This document shows positions 17,857 through 28,334 of a stretch of 64,000 nucleotides of DNA, one piece after another (the stretch's first letter is position 1; each line of letters starts with the position of its first letter). The stretch comes from an uncultured Bacteroidales bacterium. GTDB lineage: Bacteria > Bacteroidota > Bacteroidia > Bacteroidales > UBA3824. Both the position numbers and the translations under genes were made by a program. The notes under the pieces are model-generated. The model saw only the letters and a list, made by a program, of their open reading frames with translations, searched no databases and was not told the DNA's origin. The DNA lies in NCBI GenBank assembly GCA_905234655.1, contig CAJOJG010000004.1, positions 4,111-68,110 on the forward strand, given 5' to 3'.

Positions 17857-19332
17857 ATGAAAACAAAGTATTTCGGATGGTTACTTTCGGCTGTGATGGT
17901 GCTGACGGCCGTCGGCTGTAACTACAATGACAAGGACGACGACATAATTTCGCGCAAGGTCATTGAAAACATTGACAATAACAACGGCACTACCGACACA
18001 AAGGACTACACAATTTGGGAGTTTGTACACGCCATGTCGTCTGTGTACTACCTTTGGAACGAGAATGTGCCGAGCATTGGCAAAATCGACTACGCAAAAT
18101 ATGAAAGCCCGGAGGCTTTGTTTGAGAGCTTCAGGCACGAGGACGACAGGTTTTCGGCGGTGTTCTCCAACTACAGCACTGTCGTCGGCGAGTTGTCAAA
18201 CTCCTACGAGACCGACGGAATTAACTACCATCTCTACCTCGACAATGGCGACAACGTGATTGCCTTGGTGCAATACGTGTATGACGACTCGCCAGCGAAG
18301 GCGGCGGGCATAGAGCGTGGTTTCGTAATCCACAAAGTCAACGGCACACAACTCACTGTCGACAACTATTCCGAACTGCTCGACCAGCCTACATGCGCCT
18401 ACACGTACAGCGTCGTCAAGGCCACCGACAATCCGACCGGCGCGCCGTCGCTCTCGTATGGCGACGACCTCAAGACTACTGAAAAAATCACCAAAATTCA
18501 GATGGACATCGACCCGATTCTTTTGACAAAAGTGTTCACTAAGGGCGACCGCCGCATCGGCTACCTTCTTTACGACGGATTTACCGACGACCCGACGACA
18601 CTGCTGCAAGCGATGGAAAAATTTGAGGCACAGCAGGTTAATGAACTCGTACTTGACCTAAGGTTCAATGGCGGCGGTTATGTCACGACGTTGGACACCC
18701 TCGCCTCAATCCTTGTCCCGGACGGTAACGGTGGCAAAACATTCATAACAGAAACCTACAACTCCGAACTTCAAGCCGAGTTTAGACGCAGCGGCAGTGA
18801 CGGCCATATTCACAGGTTCGCCAAGAACATGTCGCCAAAACTCGAGCTTAACAACTTGTACGTCCTCACTTCCGGCGGCACGGCGAGTGCGAGCGAGGAG
18901 TTGATTTCAGGTTTGAGTCCATACATGCCGGTAACGCTCATCGGCGAGACTACATACGGCAAGTTCACCGCAAATTCACTTTTTGGTTATGAGACTGTCA
19001 TGAAGGAATTGGACGATAGTTATGTCGGCGGCGGCACGGACGACGACGGAATCCCGTACAGCGAGTGGGCTTTGTACCTCAGCATTTCGTCGTGCAAGAA
19101 CTGCAGGAACGAAATGAATTTCAAGAATGGCTTTACGCCGGACTATGAGATTAAGGACACTTACCAGTACGAACTCGGCGACGAAAACGAGCCTTTACTC
19201 GCCAAGGCACTCGAACTTTGCACTGGCACATTGGCAAAATCCACAACCGTCTACCCCGAGCCGCTCCAAGGTTATGTGGGTTTCCACGGCCCGCGCGCCA
19301 AACGCTACGGTCTGATAACGAACATGAAGTAG
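17857..19332 (+). CDS. S41-family (C-terminal processing / tail-specific type) peptidase lipoprotein
   Basis: 491 aa with a lipobox (MVLTAVG|CNYND), a PDZ-like segment (SPAKAAGIERGFVIHKVNG) and the S41 core LVLDLRFNGGGYV..LTSGGTASASEELISGL. Confidence 0.8.
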   Translation: MKTKYFGWLLSAVMVLTAVGCNYNDKDDDIISRKVIENIDNNNGTTDTKDYTIWEFVHAMSSVYYLWNENVPSIGKIDYAKYESPEALFESFRHEDDRFSAVFSNYSTVVGELSNSYETDGINYHLYLDNGDNVIALVQYVYDDSPAKAAGIERGFVIHKVNGTQLTVDNYSELLDQPTCAYTYSVVKATDNPTGAPSLSYGDDLKTTEKITKIQMDIDPILLTKVFTKGDRRIGYLLYDGFTDDPTTLLQAMEKFEAQQVNELVLDLRFNGGGYVTTLDTLASILVPDGNGGKTFITETYNSELQAEFRRSGSDGHIHRFAKNMSPKLELNNLYVLTSGGTASASEELISGLSPYMPVTLIGETTYGKFTANSLFGYETVMKELDDSYVGGGTDDDGIPYSEWALYLSISSCKNCRNEMNFKNGFTPDYEIKDTYQYELGDENEPLLAKALELCTGTLAKSTTVYPEPLQGYVGFHGPRAKRYGLITNMK

Positions 19333-19452
19333 CGATATAGTCAAACTTCACCGGTTAAAATGCCGCCAAAGTTTTGCACGGAACAATTTTTGCATTATCT
19401 TTGGCGGTAATTAAAATATATAATAACAGCATTCAAAAACATCAAAAACGAA

Positions 19453-20517
19453 ATGATTAAGACAGAAAAGTACGACGCGGCCAAGGACGTGGAAATCTAC
19501 ACCCTTGGTAATAAGAACGGCATGACGGCATCATTCATCAGGCGTGGTGCGACCGTGACAAGTATCCGCGTACCTGACAAGGACGGAAAGATAGAGAACG
19601 TTGTCGTGGAGCTCAAGGACTACGACGAATACCTCAGGAACCAGTCATACATCGGCGTTGTGCCGGGCAGGTTCGCCAACCGGATCGGCGGCGCAAAATT
19701 CTCCATCGACGGCGTTGAATATACGCTCAATCCCAACGACGGCCCCAACTCGCTCCACGGCGGACCCTCTGGTTTCAGCACGAAGGATTGGACTGTGACG
19801 GACTTCAAGGAGGACGAGCAGAACGGCCCGCAGATTACATTCGTCTACCAAAGTCCCGACGGCGAGGAGAATTTCCCGGGAAACCTCACAGCCTCTGTGA
19901 CTTACAGGCTCACCGAACAGAACGAACTCGTCATACACTACCAGGCGACGACCGACAAGGCTACACCCGTCAACCTCACACAGCACGCCTACTTCAACCT
20001 CAGTGGCGACTTCAAGAACCCTTCCATCGCCGACTACGCCATCCTCATTAACGCAAACTCCATCACCGAAATCACCGACGACTGCATTCCGACAGGACAA
20101 TTGACGCCGGTGGAGGGTACTGTGTTCGACTTCAAGTCCTTCCGCCGTCTTAAGACGATAAAGGACTTCTATTACGACCACAATTTTGTGCTGAACACGA
20201 AGGGCGACGGCGAGCTCAACCTTGCCGCCGAGGTCGAGGATCCTCACAGCGGCCGTATAATGAAGGTGTTCACGACATGTCCGGGAATGCAGTTCTACAC
20301 CGGCAACTGGCTCGACGGCACTCTCACAACAAAAACCGGTCAAAAGGTCACACGCCAGAGCGCGTGCTGCTTCGAGACGCAGTTCTTCCCGGACTCGCCA
20401 AACAAGCCTAACTTCCCGGACACAATCCTGCGCCCCGGTCAGAAGTTCTGCCACAAGACCGTCTTCAAGTTTGAGGTCGAGACCGAAAACGACAAGGCGT
20501 TCTTCCCGGCGGTTTAG
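19453..20517 (+). CDS. galM: Aldose 1-epimerase (galactose mutarotase)
   Basis: 354 aa. Contains VVPGRFANRIGGAKFSIDGVEYTLNPNDGPNSLHGG, FPGNL..VTYRL and NLTQHAYFNL. Confidence 0.9.
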   Translation: MIKTEKYDAAKDVEIYTLGNKNGMTASFIRRGATVTSIRVPDKDGKIENVVVELKDYDEYLRNQSYIGVVPGRFANRIGGAKFSIDGVEYTLNPNDGPNSLHGGPSGFSTKDWTVTDFKEDEQNGPQITFVYQSPDGEENFPGNLTASVTYRLTEQNELVIHYQATTDKATPVNLTQHAYFNLSGDFKNPSIADYAILINANSITEITDDCIPTGQLTPVEGTVFDFKSFRRLKTIKDFYYDHNFVLNTKGDGELNLAAEVEDPHSGRIMKVFTTCPGMQFYTGNWLDGTLTTKTGQKVTRQSACCFETQFFPDSPNKPNFPDTILRPGQKFCHKTVFKFEVETENDKAFFPAV

Positions 20518-20571
20518 CATGGCGGAGTTCCTTTTCACGTAAAATGTTTTTTTTCAAACGCGACATTCTAT

Positions 20572-22761
20572 ATGCCGGCATCCGATTCCATATCAATCCT
20601 GATGAGCATTTTGCTGCTCGTGATGTTCTGTATCGCCTTCGAGGTATATGCAATGCGGAACAGGGACACGTCTCGCCCGATTATAAAGGTTGGGGTGGGG
20701 GCGTTGCTCGGGCTTATTGCCGTCGGGATGATGCACTTCAGCGTATGGCATGGGAATGTCGAGTTTGATTTCAGGACAGTCATGCTGTGCTTGTGCGGAC
20801 TGTTCTTCGGCACGATACCCACTGTCGTCGCGCTCGTTGTCGCAGTCGCGGCGTTGCTATTACAAAATATTGGTGTAGAGCCGTTTAGAATATTGGCTGT
20901 CGAGTGTACATACACCGTCGCGGCAGGCGTTGCGGGCATGATATTCCACGACGGCAAGCGGAAGTGGCATCCTGTAAGGACTTATGTGATTTTTGCGGCC
21001 GTGGCGTTAATCTCACAGTCGGTCATGGCTCTGTGCGTCTATATCGTCAACCCCGACATCGACCACGAGACAATAATCCATTACGCCATAATCCTGTTCG
21101 CAATAATGCCGCTGATGATGGTGCTTGTCGGGAAGATGATGACGGCGCGAATCAGCCATTTTGAAACCGAGACCAAGCTAAGAATCATCGAGGACAAGTA
21201 TTACAAACTCACGCTCTGCAACGACGACATATTGTGGGAGTTCGACCCGTCGGCAAAGGTGTCGTATGTCTCCGATAATGTCACAGAGTCGCTTGGATAC
21301 CTGCCTGACGAGCTTATCGGCCATAAGCCACACTATTTCATCGACGATGTTCAGTCCATGAGACTCGTCACTGACTTCATCAAAAACAGCGAGGCTCCGG
21401 GCAGCGGCTATTTCCGGCATGAACTCGTCCTGCGGCACAAGAAAGGCCACAATATCTATTTCGACACACGCTGCATGGCACTCATCGACCCCGAGACAGA
21501 GAAGGCGTCAGGCGTTGTGTGTGTCACTCATAATGTCACCAACAGGCATCTCCACGACGAACTTTCACGCAACAACCAGAAATATTTCCGCGAGCAAGTC
21601 CTCAAGCTTGACAAACTCCAAAACGAAATCAAGGACTACAAGTTCAAGCTCGAGCAGTCAAAAATGGAGCTTTCCGAGGCGCACAACTCAAAAAATGCAA
21701 ACGCAATCAAGCAGATGTCGCTGATTGCCAACGTGTGCTGCGAGGTAACGCCCACTGTCGACGACATGCAAAAGTACATCAACATCGTCCGCGACAGCTC
21801 TCAGCCGGAGTCACTGAAGTCCCATGTATTTGAGCAGATGCAGGCTGCCGTCGACTTCCTGAAGTCCGCGACTTCCGACCTCATAGAGAGCGACTTGCTT
21901 GCCCGGGGGCTTACAAAACTTTCTATCGGGATTTGTAACATCGGCGAGCTTGTCGGGGAAGTGTGCGACTTCTACAGTTCACGAAACATCTACCTTCTTA
22001 AAAAGCCGATTTACCTGTCGAGCGACATTGACCTCGAGGACGACGAGAAAACCATCAAGACCGACATTCAGCATCTGCGCCGTATCCTGAACATCTTGTT
22101 GACAAACGCATATTCCTTCACAAACGCCGGACAGGTAACGCTCTCATGCGCCAAGAAGTCTGACAGCGAGCTTGTTTTCAGCGTGTCGGACACCGGCATA
22201 GGCATCCCCGACGACGCTTATAAAAACACATTCCTGCCCATGGGACAGCAGGAGACAATGATAATAAAGAAATACACCGACCGTCATTCCGGCATCGGGC
22301 TTAATATCTGCAAGTCGCTCGTCGAGCTGATGGGCGGGCATATTTGGTTCGATTCTAAGATTGGCAAGGGGACTAATATCTGTTTCACAATCCCATTCCT
22401 GAAGGCTGGCGAAATCGCCTCGCAGACTAACGCACAGTATAACTGGAGCGCGCACACTGCGCTTGTGGCGACTTCCGACCGCTATACAAACATCTTCATC
22501 GGCAGCAGCATCGACCGGACGCGCATTAAGCACCGCTGCCTGCTTGTGAGCGATGAAAACGTCGACAATGTAGCCGCCGCGACTTCCCGATATTTTAAGA
22601 ATTACGACATCATCATAACCGACCCGCAGGCGGCGAATACGCCTTTAATCAGGTCGATAGTGGACGATAATAAGGACGCCGCGACTATCTTCGTCGACGG
22701 CTCGCCCAACATCGCCGACATCTATAAGCAAATGAACAAACATCTAACCTCAAGAAAATGA
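20572..22761 (+). CDS. Membrane sensor histidine-kinase-like protein (5TM LytS-type N-domain, PAS, DHp lacking the His, HATPase, REC-like tail)
   Basis: 729 aa with a multi-TM N-terminus and a PAS-like region (ILWEFDPSAKVSYVSDNVTESLGY). The H-box position reads SLIANVCCEVTPTV instead of ..SHEIRTP.. The N-box (LNILLTNAYSFTNAG), G1 (SDTGIGIP) and G2 (SGIGLNICKSLVELMGG) are intact. The C-terminal segment is REC-like (RCLLVSDEN..YDIIITD). Confidence 0.75.
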   Translation: MPASDSISILMSILLLVMFCIAFEVYAMRNRDTSRPIIKVGVGALLGLIAVGMMHFSVWHGNVEFDFRTVMLCLCGLFFGTIPTVVALVVAVAALLLQNIGVEPFRILAVECTYTVAAGVAGMIFHDGKRKWHPVRTYVIFAAVALISQSVMALCVYIVNPDIDHETIIHYAIILFAIMPLMMVLVGKMMTARISHFETETKLRIIEDKYYKLTLCNDDILWEFDPSAKVSYVSDNVTESLGYLPDELIGHKPHYFIDDVQSMRLVTDFIKNSEAPGSGYFRHELVLRHKKGHNIYFDTRCMALIDPETEKASGVVCVTHNVTNRHLHDELSRNNQKYFREQVLKLDKLQNEIKDYKFKLEQSKMELSEAHNSKNANAIKQMSLIANVCCEVTPTVDDMQKYINIVRDSSQPESLKSHVFEQMQAAVDFLKSATSDLIESDLLARGLTKLSIGICNIGELVGEVCDFYSSRNIYLLKKPIYLSSDIDLEDDEKTIKTDIQHLRRILNILLTNAYSFTNAGQVTLSCAKKSDSELVFSVSDTGIGIPDDAYKNTFLPMGQQETMIIKKYTDRHSGIGLNICKSLVELMGGHIWFDSKIGKGTNICFTIPFLKAGEIASQTNAQYNWSAHTALVATSDRYTNIFIGSSIDRTRIKHRCLLVSDENVDNVAAATSRYFKNYDIIITDPQAANTPLIRSIVDDNKDAATIFVDGSPNIADIYKQMNKHLTSRK

Positions 22762-23786
22762 ATGATATGACAAACTTCACGAAGATAAAGGACATTGGCG
22801 AGTTTGGCTTAATAAGGCGGATTGGCGAGTTGACATCGCACAGTCTGCCGTCGGGTTTTACGGGCATAGGCGACGACTGCGCGATAATCCCCGGTTCACT
22901 CGGCGCGCAATACGCCGTCAGCACGGACTTGCTTGTGGAAGGTGTGCATTTTGTCAAGAGTGAAATTGGCGGGCGCGACCTTGGATACAAGTCCTTGGCA
23001 GTCAATTTGAGCGACCTCGCCGCTGCCGGTGCGACGCCGTGTGGCGCATTCCTGTCGTTGGCATTGCCGGAGGACACCGACGTGGAGTTTGTGGACGAGT
23101 TTTCAAAAGGTTTTGACGAAATCAGCAAGGCTTATGGTTGTCCGCTGCTTGGCGGCGACACAACCGGCTCAAAATCAGGCATTGTCGTCAATGTCTGTGT
23201 CATTGGCCATCGCGGAAAGAACGCCACGGTCTCGCGCTCCGGCTCAAAGCCCGGCGACATAATTTGTGTCACAGGTGCATTGGGCGATTCGGGAGCGGGG
23301 CTGGAATATGTGCTCAATCCTGCGCTTGAACGTGACGAAATCGCCGTTGAACTTATCAAACGCCACCACCGCCCCGTCCCGCGCGTCGAGGAGGGCAAAT
23401 TCTTGGCACAACGTCCAGAGGCCCACTCGATGATGGACATTTCTGATGGCGTTGCGTCCGACCTGCCGCACATACTCGAGCGCAGTTCGGTTTCGGCGGA
23501 GGTCGAACTTGAAAATCTGCCAGTGAGCGACCTCTTGCAGAATAAATATGGTTCCCAGCCGTCCAAACTCTACCACTACGCGCTGCATGGCGGCGAGGAT
23601 TATGAACTGCTGTTGACTGTGGACTCGAGGTATTACGCCGACCTTAGCGCAGGTTTCGAGAAGAAGTTTGGAAAGCCGCTATGCGCAATCGGCAGGATTG
23701 TGGCTGGTGACGAATGTAAGGCCAGGTATATCGAGAACGGGTTCGGCATGATGCCGGGCGGCGCGCCATGGTCTCATTTTTGTTAG
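22758..23786 (+). CDS. thiL: Thiamine-monophosphate kinase
   Basis: 342 aa. Contains IGEFGLIRRI, GIGDDCAII, STDLLVEGVHF and LLGGDTT. The ATG overlaps the upstream TGA (ATGA). Confidence 0.9.
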   Translation: MNDMTNFTKIKDIGEFGLIRRIGELTSHSLPSGFTGIGDDCAIIPGSLGAQYAVSTDLLVEGVHFVKSEIGGRDLGYKSLAVNLSDLAAAGATPCGAFLSLALPEDTDVEFVDEFSKGFDEISKAYGCPLLGGDTTGSKSGIVVNVCVIGHRGKNATVSRSGSKPGDIICVTGALGDSGAGLEYVLNPALERDEIAVELIKRHHRPVPRVEEGKFLAQRPEAHSMMDISDGVASDLPHILERSSVSAEVELENLPVSDLLQNKYGSQPSKLYHYALHGGEDYELLLTVDSRYYADLSAGFEKKFGKPLCAIGRIVAGDECKARYIENGFGMMPGGAPWSHFC

Positions 23787-23834
23787 ACTGCTAATTTTCA
23801 AATATTCATAACAACACACATCAAAAACACAAAA

Positions 23835-25115
23835 ATGAAGTTACGACTTATCATAATGAATTTCTTGCAGTTCGGCGTATGGGGCGCATACCTGACCTGC
23901 ATGGGAACTTTTCTCGCCGCTAATGGACACGCCGACGGCATCGGTCTGTTCTACTCGGCGCAGGGTTTCGCCTCGCTGTTCATGCCGGCGATTGTGGGCA
24001 TTATAGCCGACCGGTGGATTCAGGCGCAGAAGACTTACGGCATCTGCCACCTGATTTCAGCCGCCGCGATGCTTGCGCTCTCGATGTACGGAATCACAAA
24101 CGGCGCGGACGCAAAAATATCGGTGATGTATCCGCTGTATTTTACGGCGATTGCGTTCTATATGCCGTCACTCTCACTGTCATACTCCGTGGCGTACAAC
24201 GCATTGGAACTGAATGGGTTGGATACTGTCAAGAGTTTCCCGCCAATACGTACATTCGGCACTGTGGGATTCATAGCGAGCATGTGGGCTGTGGACTTGT
24301 TGGGGTATCAGGACAACGCCCGGCAGTTCCTCGTCAGCGGCATTCTCGGCCTTGTCCTCGGTGTCTATGCCTTCACGCTCCCCGAGTGCAAAATCTCGCA
24401 GTCCGGCGGCAAGAAGTCGCTGGCGGAGGCGTTTGGTCTCGATGCGTTCAAGTTGTTGAAGGACAAGCGCATGGCTATTTTCATGCTGTTTTCCGCGCTT
24501 ATCGGCATCTGCCTTCAGATTACCAATGGTTTTGCAAATCCATACATCACCAGTTTTTCCGCCATTGACCAGTTCAAGGACACTTTCGGCGTCCAGCACG
24601 CCAATATCCTCATTTCGCTCTCCCAAGTCTCCGAGACGTTCTGCATACTGCTCATACCGTTCTTCCTGCAAAAGTTTGGCATTAAGAAAGTTGTGCTGAT
24701 TTCGATGGCGGCATGGGTTTTGAGGTTTGGATTCTTCGGCTTGGGCGACCCGGGCAGTGGCGTGTGGCTCTTCGTCCTGAGCTGCATTGTGTACGGTGTG
24801 GCGTTCGACTTCTTTAATGTCTCCGGCTCGTTGTACGTCGACCAGGTTGTCGACACGAGCCAACGCTCCTCGGCTCAAGGACTCCTGATGCTTATGACAA
24901 ACGGCATCGGCGCGACCGTCGGCACTTTGGCAGCCCAGGCTGTCATTAATGCAAATGTGTATTCTCAGACGGATCCCGTCGCGCAGTGGGGCGGATGGTC
25001 GATGTCGTGGTACATGTTCGCCGCGTATGCGCTGGTGATAACTGTGGCTTTCGCAGCGATTTTTAAGTACAATCACAATCCCGACGCAAAAAAAATATCG
25101 AAAGAGGACAATTGA
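23835..25115 (+). CDS. MFS nucleoside:H+ symporter (NupG/XapB-like)
   Basis: 426 aa with about 12 predicted TM segments. The N-terminus MKLRLIIMNFLQFGVWGAYLTCMGTFL is typical of Bacteroidetes nucleoside permeases. Confidence 0.8.
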   Translation: MKLRLIIMNFLQFGVWGAYLTCMGTFLAANGHADGIGLFYSAQGFASLFMPAIVGIIADRWIQAQKTYGICHLISAAAMLALSMYGITNGADAKISVMYPLYFTAIAFYMPSLSLSYSVAYNALELNGLDTVKSFPPIRTFGTVGFIASMWAVDLLGYQDNARQFLVSGILGLVLGVYAFTLPECKISQSGGKKSLAEAFGLDAFKLLKDKRMAIFMLFSALIGICLQITNGFANPYITSFSAIDQFKDTFGVQHANILISLSQVSETFCILLIPFFLQKFGIKKVVLISMAAWVLRFGFFGLGDPGSGVWLFVLSCIVYGVAFDFFNVSGSLYVDQVVDTSQRSSAQGLLMLMTNGIGATVGTLAAQAVINANVYSQTDPVAQWGGWSMSWYMFAAYALVITVAFAAIFKYNHNPDAKKISKEDN

Positions 25116-25160
25116 TTTGAAAATTTTTCTTAAATTGCCACATCAAAAAAACACGAACCG

Positions 25161-27458
25161 ATGAACAAAATATGCAAAACAATTGCATTCGCAATCGCGG
25201 TCGTGGCATTTTTTGTTGTGGCGACAAAGGATGCCGACGCGCAGAGAAGGCTGTCACAGGCTCAAGTGGACAGCATCTATGCGTCGTTGCCCACTATGAA
25301 AGACGAAGATAGGCTCAAGGCGTACTATGACCTTGCGCGGACTTACCACCCGATGGATTCCATCATAAAGTATTCGATGAAGACCTACAAGCTCGCCAAG
25401 CAGCTTAAGAAAATGGATGTCGTCGCCAGTTCGTGCGAGGTTATCGGGTGGTACTATAACACGGTCGGCAAGTACGAGGAAGCTCCGGGTTATTTCCAGG
25501 AGGCCGGTGAGTTTTTCCTGAAAAGCGGATTGAACATTAGCTACGCGATGATGCTTTCCGGCATAGGCGATTCGTATATCGGTCTCGGGTTGTTCGACGA
25601 GGGCATTGATGTCAAGTTACAGGCACTCAAGTTTTTTGACGAGGAGGACGACCATGGGAGCGCGGCGTTAATTTTCAGGACGATAGGCAGCGCGTGCACC
25701 GAGTTCCAGCAGTACAAGATTGCCATGACAAACCTTGACAAGGCCCTCGAATGTGACAAACTGATAAAGACTGACACGCCCGTCAATCAGTTCAAGGCCG
25801 ACCGTGGACTGGGACGTGACTATTTTTATCTCGGGCAGAATGTCAACTTGTGCGCCGAGAACGACAACATCGGAAGTAAGATGCTCGCCAAGGATTTGCT
25901 TATCCACGGCATTGAGTATCAGGAGAAAGCGCGCGACTATATCTTCGTCATAAAGTCATGCGCCCTGCTGTCGTTCATCTATAATGACATGATACTTTTC
26001 ACTGACAACTGGGACTTCGCCGACAGCAGCCTGCACTATTATAAGAAGGGGCGCGGGTTGATAGAACGCAATGGATATAAGATGTTTGACGATGTTTATG
26101 AAATTGCGCACACGGAACATACGCTCCTTTCCGGCAATTATTTCGCCGCGCTGAAGACTTTGCAGACAAAGATTGAGGACAACTCCCTCGACCCGATAAC
26201 GCTCCTGCTGCTTAACCAGGCTTTCAGGTTTTATTTCCATTATAACAACGACTACAAGGGCTTGCTCGAACTCATGGAACGTATCGAGGCTGAGCGGAAA
26301 CGGTTGTATATCAGTGAGTTCTCCCTGCAAATTCAAAAGATTAACAACATCAAGAGCCTCTCCGACCAGTATGCGATGATAAAGCGCACGTCCGAGAGCC
26401 GTAAGTCGGAATTTGAGTCCACGCGGCACCACCATTCCCAAATCCGACGGATTGCCATTATCCTGCTTGTGCTTTCCGTCGCCGCCATCGCCGCAATCAC
26501 CTACCTCAATATCCGAAACCGCCAATACAGCAAGAGGCTCCGCGAGCAGTCTGACGAAATCGAGGCTGCGAACGAGGAGTTGAGCACCCTGATGCTTGAA
26601 AACCAGCGGCAGAGCGAACTCATCACCAAGCAGACTGCCGAGATGAAACGCCAGCGCAACAAGCTCGCCTCCATCAATCTCCGCATCGTCCTTAACCTCG
26701 ACATAGCGAGCCGTTTTCAGGCGTCGCTCATGCCGTCCATAGATACCGTCAAGCGCATTTTCAAGGATGTTTTTGTGCTGTGGCGGCCGTTGGAGGAGGT
26801 CAGTGGCGATTTTTATTGGTGCACGGAAATCGGCGGGCTTAAGTATGTCGCCGTCGCCGACTGTACCGGACACGGTATCCCCGGCGCGTCGCTCTCGATG
26901 TTGGGCATTTCGTTCCTTAACGGCATTGTCGCGCGGACTGACCGCGAGTCCATGAACGCTGCGGATATTCTTGTCGCGCTGCGTGAGCGTATTGTCGAGT
27001 CGTTGACGCGGGGCAGTGTCCATAATGAGGACATCCATGACGGCATGGACATCGCCGTCTGCATTTTTGACCCGAAGCGTTCCACCCTTTCATACGCGGG
27101 CGCGTACCGTCCGCTGTGGATTGTGGACGGCGGCGGCGAGCTGACGGAATACAAGGCGGACAAGATTCCTGTGGCGGTTGACAAGGATCGCACCGACCAG
27201 TACACGAACCATGAGATTGACCTCCACTCGGGCGACTGCGCATACATTTTCAGCGACGGTGTCACCGACCAGTTCGGCGTGCGCGAGAATGGCAAACTCT
27301 CCAAGCTCAAGCCCAAACGCCTCCGCGACCTTCTTTGTAAAATCCACAGCTATCCGCCCCAGCAGCAACAATCCGAGATTGAACACATCATCGACGACTG
27401 GCGCGGCGACAACGAACAGACCGACGACATGATTATGGTCGGAGTAATGAATATATAA
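25161..27458 (+). CDS. TPR-repeat, membrane-anchored PP2C/SpoIIE-family protein phosphatase
   Basis: 765 aa with a signal peptide, TPR-like repeats, a TM helix (IAIILLVLSVAAIAAITYL) and a coiled coil. The SpoIIE core follows: WRPLEEVSGDFYW..VADCTGHGIPGASLSMLG..FSDGVTDQ..QTDDMIMVG. Confidence 0.85.
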   Translation: MNKICKTIAFAIAVVAFFVVATKDADAQRRLSQAQVDSIYASLPTMKDEDRLKAYYDLARTYHPMDSIIKYSMKTYKLAKQLKKMDVVASSCEVIGWYYNTVGKYEEAPGYFQEAGEFFLKSGLNISYAMMLSGIGDSYIGLGLFDEGIDVKLQALKFFDEEDDHGSAALIFRTIGSACTEFQQYKIAMTNLDKALECDKLIKTDTPVNQFKADRGLGRDYFYLGQNVNLCAENDNIGSKMLAKDLLIHGIEYQEKARDYIFVIKSCALLSFIYNDMILFTDNWDFADSSLHYYKKGRGLIERNGYKMFDDVYEIAHTEHTLLSGNYFAALKTLQTKIEDNSLDPITLLLLNQAFRFYFHYNNDYKGLLELMERIEAERKRLYISEFSLQIQKINNIKSLSDQYAMIKRTSESRKSEFESTRHHHSQIRRIAIILLVLSVAAIAAITYLNIRNRQYSKRLREQSDEIEAANEELSTLMLENQRQSELITKQTAEMKRQRNKLASINLRIVLNLDIASRFQASLMPSIDTVKRIFKDVFVLWRPLEEVSGDFYWCTEIGGLKYVAVADCTGHGIPGASLSMLGISFLNGIVARTDRESMNAADILVALRERIVESLTRGSVHNEDIHDGMDIAVCIFDPKRSTLSYAGAYRPLWIVDGGGELTEYKADKIPVAVDKDRTDQYTNHEIDLHSGDCAYIFSDGVTDQFGVRENGKLSKLKPKRLRDLLCKIHSYPPQQQQSEIEHIIDDWRGDNEQTDDMIMVGVMNI

Positions 27459-27463
27459 AAAAA

Positions 27464-27497
27464 CAGGCGCGTCCAAAATTGGGTTTGGACGCGCCTG
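27464..27497. terminator. Strong bidirectional terminator
   Basis: CAGGCGCGTCCAAA-[6-nt loop]-TTTGGACGCGCCTG forms a 14-bp perfect stem. An A-run precedes it and it sits between convergent genes. Confidence 0.75.
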
Positions 27498-27602
27498 GGG
27501 GAAATTTTCTGACGCTGGCTAACTTAGCAGTTTCATAATTTTGTTCATTTGCCGCTCAATTCCCGGAACATTTCCAAATGCTGCCGTGCAACTCTTTGGA
27601 TG

Positions 27603-27887
27603 TCAAATTTTTCGTAAACTTTTGACAATGCTTTTTGACGCATCAACATTGAGAGCCGCATATCCGTATAACCGGCGGTTTTTGTATTGTGGGATTTTCT
27701 TAATATCTGACATCCAAGAATTTATGGACATTCGACTGACTGAAATGTAGTATTCTTTTGTGCCATCCTTGAAAACTCTCAACGCAAATGCTGCGAGCAA
27801 TAATCGACCGCTGCCGTCAATCATCTTTGGTGAAAAGACTGCCCTTGCAACATCCTCATTATTTGGCAATTTCGCTTTCATCCGCAT
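27603..27887 (-). CDS. Unknown-family protein B2 (short paralog of 28671-29156); module 2, second gene
   Basis: 94 aa. It shares ..DVARAVF..AFALR..E.YISVSRMS..S..D....LNV with the 161-aa paralog but ends near the equivalent of residue ~96. The internal ATG at 27881 forms an ATGA overlap with the upstream stop. Confidence 0.5.
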   Translation of the reverse strand: MRMKAKLPNNEDVARAVFSPKMIDGSGRLLLAAFALRVFKDGTKEYYISVSRMSINSWMSDIKKIPQYKNRRLYGYAALNVDASKSIVKSLRKI

Positions 27888-28312
27888 TGTTCGTTTATAA
27901 AACGGATTGTTGCAATTATTGCGTCAGGCGAGAACGTTATTTGGTTTTGACCGCCGATGTTTATCCCAACCTTGAAATAATACGAAAAACTGGTTGCGCC
28001 AAGGCTGATTGCCGCATTGTCGCGGCGGATAATAATCGTTCCGTTGATGTTTGGCTCTATGTTCCAACTATGCCAGTCGTTGTTTTTGCTGATTCGGATT
28101 GAGGATTCGATGTTGTTGATGACTGATTTGCTGACCGGCAGCGCATCCATCCCGTCCCATCCATTCCGCAGATATGCGAGTTTGTCGATTGAAACTTTTA
28201 TCCGCGACTTTTCGCTTTCGACGGACAACACGGCATCTTACACCGCGTTATAACTCGATGTCCCGAACGCCACTGCCGGCTCGCTTGCTATGTTGGGGGC
28301 TTTGCTGTCCAT
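27878..28312 (-). pseudogene. Unknown-family protein A2 (paralog of 29157-29621) with an in-frame TAA at codon 25
   Basis: The ATG at 28312 is followed by 24 codons (MDSKAPNIASEPAVAFGTSSYNAV), then a TAA (28240-28238), then the same frame continues as DA-VLSVESEK..LRNGWDGMDALPVS... The track ORF (27878-28231) starts at a GTG just after the stop. The upstream 24 codons align to the N-terminal region of the long paralog (SSYNAV / PSYFDT). Confidence 0.6.
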
Positions 28313-28334
28313 AAGTTCTTGCTTTTTGATGGGG

